In this document: in pieces, positions 45,682-49,208 of the stretch
Layout of the letters: each line of letters begins with the position of its first letter
Numbering within the stretch: position 1 is the stretch's first letter
Source: Methanobacteriota archaeon
Lineage (GTDB): Archaea; Altiarchaeota; Altiarchaeia; IMC4; SCGC-AAA252-I15
Reading direction: 5' to 3'
NCBI GenBank assembly: GCA_043823295.1
Contig: JBDRAY010000057.1
Span: forward strand, 1-49,208
Length of the DNA stretch: 49,208 bases
Translations under genes and position numbers: made by a program
Notes under the pieces: generated by a model
Databases searched by the model: none
Seen by the model: only the letters and a program-made list of their open reading frames with translations
Told to the model about the DNA's origin: nothing

Positions 45682-46722
45682 ATGAGCAGGACTCACTGGA
45701 TTATCTTGGGGCTGGTGTCAATTGGGCTTTTAGCGTACATGATGAAGCCGTTTACTGACGTGCTACTTTTCGGATTGTTCCTCTATTACGTGTTGCGGCC
45801 TCTTTACAGGGTGATAAACAAGAGGATTCACCAGAGGGAATTATCAGCCGCCTTAGCCATTTCCGCAGTAATAATCCCCCTTCTGCTCATAATCGGATAC
45901 ACCATCAGTATTGCTTCAACCCAGTTCACATCCCTAGTAAAAAGCGTTGACGACCCAGTCGGAATTTATTTAAACACCGGGTTGAGCCGGTTATCAACAA
46001 CTTTGAAGGGACTGCAGTTTAGCGAGTTCAAGGCGGTTTTACAGCAGTCTTCAGACCTCGGATTATTCCTCCTTCAATTGTCCACAAGCACTTTAGGCGT
46101 AATATTTAAGATCTTGCTTGTTTTCGCGGTCGCATTCTACACGCTCAAGTACGGGCCTACCGTACGCGCCTGGTTTCTTTGCACGATCACGAATGAGAGG
46201 GAGAGGAAGTTGGCTCAAACGCTTTTCAACGACATAGACGACGACTTACACCACGTTTTTTTCGGAAACATTCTCGTCTCGGTCGTCACGGCAGTACTCG
46301 GAATCATAGTGTATGTGGGACTCGACATCCTTTCCCCCGAAATTAAGATACCTTACCCGATTCTTCTCGGCTCTTTAAGCGGTGTCGCAAACCTTATTCC
46401 AGTAGTCGGTATGAAGCTCATCTGGATTCCCCTAGTCATATACCTCGCCTTCAAAGCATACATTGGGGGAGTTTTAATGTCAAGCATAGGTTTCCTAGTC
46501 GTTTCCGCCCTCGCAATCTACATCATAGTCGACTGGTTCCCAGACATGGTCTTAAGACCCTTCTTGTCGGGGAGCAAGAGGATTCCCATGGGAGTGCTTT
46601 TTTTCACATACATCTTCGGAGTGGCAGTCTTCGGATTCACCGGAATATTAATCGGACCCATAATCGTAGTCACCGTCCTAAACTTTCTAAGGGTCGTCCT
46701 CCCTGAAATCAAGAAAAAGTAA
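45682..46722 (+). CDS. AI-2E family (PerM/UPF0118) transporter
   Basis: About 8 TM helices, with the family's typical central loop and a C-terminal GILIGPIIV segment. Confidence 0.75.
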   Translation: MSRTHWIILGLVSIGLLAYMMKPFTDVLLFGLFLYYVLRPLYRVINKRIHQRELSAALAISAVIIPLLLIIGYTISIASTQFTSLVKSVDDPVGIYLNTGLSRLSTTLKGLQFSEFKAVLQQSSDLGLFLLQLSTSTLGVIFKILLVFAVAFYTLKYGPTVRAWFLCTITNERERKLAQTLFNDIDDDLHHVFFGNILVSVVTAVLGIIVYVGLDILSPEIKIPYPILLGSLSGVANLIPVVGMKLIWIPLVIYLAFKAYIGGVLMSSIGFLVVSALAIYIIVDWFPDMVLRPFLSGSKRIPMGVLFFTYIFGVAVFGFTGILIGPIIVVTVLNFLRVVLPEIKKK

Positions 46723-46757
46723 ACCCATTTTTACCCTCATTTTCCACATACTTTCCT

Positions 46758-48143
46758 ATGGAAGACTTTTCCGACTGGTTCCATCGGATGCTCGATGAAA
46801 ACAAGCTCATAGACATTAGATACCCCGTAAAGGGCATGCCAGTCTACCGGGGGGATGGAGTCCGAATCATCAGGGAGATGATAAGGCACCTTGAAGCTCT
46901 ATTAGAGGCTGACGGCCACGAGCCAATGTATTTTCCGGTCGCGATTCCTGAGACTCTATTGGCGGCTGAAGCAGAGCACATTGCAGGCTTTGAGGACGAG
47001 GTCTACTGGATGACGCACGCCGGAGGAAATCCCTTGGACGTAAAGCTTGCCCTCCGCCCGACGAGCGAAACTTGCATGTATCCTATGTTCGCGTTGTGGA
47101 CGCGGACTCACACCGACCTTCCAATCAAGATTCATCAGACCACTTGCGTCTACCGCCACGACACGAAACACACCAGACCCTTGATCAGAAGCCGCGAGAT
47201 CTGGTGGAATGAAGGCCACACCGCCTTCGAGACGCGGGAGGAGGCTTTAGAGAACATTGAGACCGTTAAGAGAATCTACAGCAGCCTTATCACCGACCTC
47301 CTCTGCATTCCAGTGGAAATCAACCAGCGCCCGGAGTGGGATAAGTTCCCGGGGGCGGAGTACACCATCGCCTTCGACACAATCTTTCCGGACGGGAAGA
47401 CTCTTCAAGTCGCAACCATCCACAACTTGGGTCAACACTTCAGTAAGGTATTCAATATCGAATTCGAAAACGCAAGCGGCGAGAAGAAGCTGGCGTGGCA
47501 GACTTCCTACGGCCCAGGCTTCGGAAGGCTTCTCGCATCCGTCGTCTCAGTCCACGGCGACGAGAAGGGCATGCGGCTTCCACCCAAAGTCGCCCCAATC
47601 CAGGTCGTAGTAGTCCCAATCGTCTTTAAGGACTCGGACAAGAAGAAGGTCATGGAATTCATTGGAAAAGTGAAAAATATTCTTGAGAAAAATTCCGTCC
47701 GCTTTACCGTCGACGACGGCGACGAGCGTCCTGGCGCGAAATACTATAAGTGGGAGCAGCGGGGCGTGCCTCTTCGAATCGAGGTGGGTCCGAAGGACGT
47801 TGAGAAAAATCACGTCATGACGGTCCGAAGAGATACTGGCGAGAAGAAGCCGGTCAAGCTCGCCGACCTGGACGTCCCCAATATCTTGGATTCGATCCAG
47901 AAAACTCTTCTTGCACAGGCTCAGGAAAAGTTCGACGCCAGGCTTTTCAAGGCGAAAGACGAAAAGGAGCTTGACAAACACCTCGGGGTCGGAATCGTCA
48001 CGACCGGCTGGTGTGGCGAAGACTCCTGCGCCCCGAAAATAGAGTCTAAGGGAACCATACTCTCAACCGACCGTGACCACCGCCACAAGTGCGTCATCTG
48101 CGGGGCGGAAGGCATGACCATAAAAGTCGCGAAAACCTACTGA
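46758..48143 (+). CDS. proS: prolyl-tRNA synthetase, archaeal/eukaryal type
   Basis: Class II motifs (LRPTSE, FRHD-like YRHDTKHTRPLIRSREI, GPGFGRL), an anticodon-binding domain, and a C-terminal Zn-binding extension ending in VAKTY. Confidence 0.9.
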   Translation: MEDFSDWFHRMLDENKLIDIRYPVKGMPVYRGDGVRIIREMIRHLEALLEADGHEPMYFPVAIPETLLAAEAEHIAGFEDEVYWMTHAGGNPLDVKLALRPTSETCMYPMFALWTRTHTDLPIKIHQTTCVYRHDTKHTRPLIRSREIWWNEGHTAFETREEALENIETVKRIYSSLITDLLCIPVEINQRPEWDKFPGAEYTIAFDTIFPDGKTLQVATIHNLGQHFSKVFNIEFENASGEKKLAWQTSYGPGFGRLLASVVSVHGDEKGMRLPPKVAPIQVVVVPIVFKDSDKKKVMEFIGKVKNILEKNSVRFTVDDGDERPGAKYYKWEQRGVPLRIEVGPKDVEKNHVMTVRRDTGEKKPVKLADLDVPNILDSIQKTLLAQAQEKFDARLFKAKDEKELDKHLGVGIVTTGWCGEDSCAPKIESKGTILSTDRDHRHKCVICGAEGMTIKVAKTY

Positions 48144-48216
48144 AAGAATACTATCACAATATATCAATATATTTTATATATTTAATATATAGATATACCA
48201 ATATGTTGGCATTTTT

Positions 48217-48483
48217 TTAGCTGCTTGCCCCTTCAAATCCCGTGTCCAAGACCTGCGTGTAGAAGAAGCGTAGGGCATTGTATGCGAGCATAGCTATCGA
48301 ACGGTTTCTCCAAGTATTCTCGAGCATATACTCTCTGGGAGACAAACCTTTCTTCAAAAAATCCTTCACCACCGTAATGTATAATCTCCCAATATCCCGG
48401 GAATAATCACTCACCCTCAACTCGTCCATCAGTCTTCCAACCATCCTGTACTGCTCATCCAAGGGTAGAACTTTTTCTTCCAT
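48217..48483 (-). pseudogene. N-terminal (SAM-like DNA-binding domain) fragment of a tyrosine recombinase/integrase; catalytic domain absent
   Basis: 88 aa. DYSRDIGRLYITVVKDFLKKGLSPREY...RNRSIAMLAYNALRFFYTQVL resembles the integrase N-terminal core-binding domain. Only 73 AT-rich bp separate its stop from proS, so there is no room for a catalytic domain. Confidence 0.5.
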
Positions 48484-48599
48484 ACTACAAAATTAATTGA
48501 AAAACTACAAAAGTCTATGCCGAGAGCAAAGGAAAAATGAAAAAATGGGCGTTACACCCCGAATCCGCGGGTTAAACCGAAAAAAACACGAGATAATTG

Positions 48600-48622
48600 T
48601 TGTTTACCGAAATCGAGAAAAG
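48600..48622. repeat. left arm of nested inverted repeat (TTGTTTACCG-AAA-TCGAGAAAAG)
   Basis: Both 10-mers recur as reverse complements at 49064-49073 and 49010-49019. Confidence 0.65.
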
Positions 48623-48624
48623 AA

Positions 48625-48975
48625 TTACTTTGAATTATGGAAAGCCTTCCATGATTTTATATAATCTGAAGATATTTTTCTTAATTTATCATCAAGGTAT
48701 TTTGAAATTTTTTTATAAGTTGTATCAGATAGGTGCTCGAAGTATGATACCATGACAAAATTCTTTATATCCTCATCACCTTCATCCCATGATTTTTGGA
48801 TTATGTCAGCTATCTTCGGCAATATTTTCTGATTGTCTTTATTCTTTTCAGTATAATTAGCCAAGTCCGAAAAAATGAAGGTCGCACCTATCTCATAATC
48901 TTCTCGCATTATGAAGTCGAACTTGGGAAGGCTTTCTTCCACCATTTTAATGATATGCTCTTTATCAATTGCCAT
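48625..48975 (-). CDS. hypothetical protein (116 aa), low-GC orphan
   Basis: ATG-initiated ORF with a helical, acidic/lysine-rich product. It is clearly AT-richer than core genes and is bracketed by inverted repeats. Confidence 0.5.
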   Translation of the reverse strand: MAIDKEHIIKMVEESLPKFDFIMREDYEIGATFIFSDLANYTEKNKDNQKILPKIADIIQKSWDEGDEDIKNFVMVSYFEHLSDTTYKKISKYLDDKLRKISSDYIKSWKAFHNSK

Positions 48976-49009
48976 GACATCATAACTTGAGAATATGTTA
49001 TTAAATTGG

Positions 49010-49073
49010 CTTTTCTCGACTCTGTGCTCCTTTCAGTCGCTTGCCTCGGGCTTCGCCCTCGGCCGGTAAACAA
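49010..49073. repeat. right arm of nested inverted repeat (CTTTTCTCGA-[44 nt GC-rich insert]-CGGTAAACAA)
   Basis: Reverse complements of the two left-arm 10-mers in mirrored order. They are separated by a 44-nt GC-rich segment that is absent from the left arm. Confidence 0.65.
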
Positions 49074-49141
49074 GGGCTAAACGGAAAAATCAAAGATTTT
49101 TCCCCAATCCCCCCCCTTTGGGTCGGGACTGCGTTTAGCCC
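49074..49141. other. GC-rich structured element: 10-bp outer stem enclosing two hairpins (candidate small RNA or mobile-element end)
   Basis: GGGCTAAACG (49074-49083) pairs with CGTTTAGCCC (49132-49141). The inner hairpin is GAAAAATC-AAA-GATTTTTC (49084-49102), and a weaker CCCAA...TTGGG hairpin has a C-rich loop. The strand and any RNA product are unknown. Confidence 0.3.
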
Positions 49142-49208
49142 TGTTAGTTAGCCGTAATTGCGGGGGCGTTTGATTTATATGGATATGTTATATATACTTA
49201 TATAAGAT

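Noticed and set aside
48231-48247. TTCAAATCCC inside the integrase fragment resembling the tRNA T-loop/att core at the other end of the window (an SSV-type split-integrase idea)
   Set aside because: Identity is only 10 nt, the flanks cannot form a T-arm, and no tRNA gene is adjacent. It is most likely coincidence.

Overview
This is a compact archaeal chromosomal segment. Archaeal markers are TBP, Orc1/Cdc6, NAC, archaeal SepF, archaeal-type ProRS and GatA, and many genes overlap by 4-8 nt in operons. GC looks mid-40s to about 50% by eye, with a few clearly AT-richer patches. Housekeeping content: (1) pyrimidine synthesis in two clusters, pyrD-[methyltransferase-like insert]-pyrK-pyrC-MFS and pyrE-pyrF-like; (2) TrpC, a TrpG/PabA-type amidotransferase, beta-RFAP synthase (methanopterin pathway) and a RimK-type ATP-grasp ligase; (3) TrxB, LemA-HtpX, a Kef-type antiporter and an AI-2E transporter; (4) two single-domain KaiC/RecA-like ATPases; (5) a wHTH-SdpI-MacB/FtsX ABC cluster; (6) several secreted Thr-, Pro- or Cys-rich surface proteins. 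The window starts inside the 3' end of a tRNA gene whose last 20 nt plus trailer are duplicated 332 bp downstream (an att-like scar). Next to that scar are orphan ORFs, including a GNAT-like gene broken by one in-frame TAG. The window ends in a decayed mobile region: an integrase N-terminal fragment, a low-GC orphan gene bracketed by nested inverted repeats, and a GC-rich structured element. I see no CRISPR array, no rRNA, no complete tRNA and no recognisable known defence system. The best candidates for undescribed biology are: the three-gene nucleotidyltransferase operon (3072-5216); the CDIN1-like nuclease-Kef-EndoIII-related operon (34228-37472); the orphan pair at 23348-25148; the wHTH-SdpI-ABC cluster with its palindromic operator; and the repeat-rich elements at both window edges. 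All functional calls rest on motif recognition by eye, with no database search, and non-ORF coordinates may be off by 1-2 nt.
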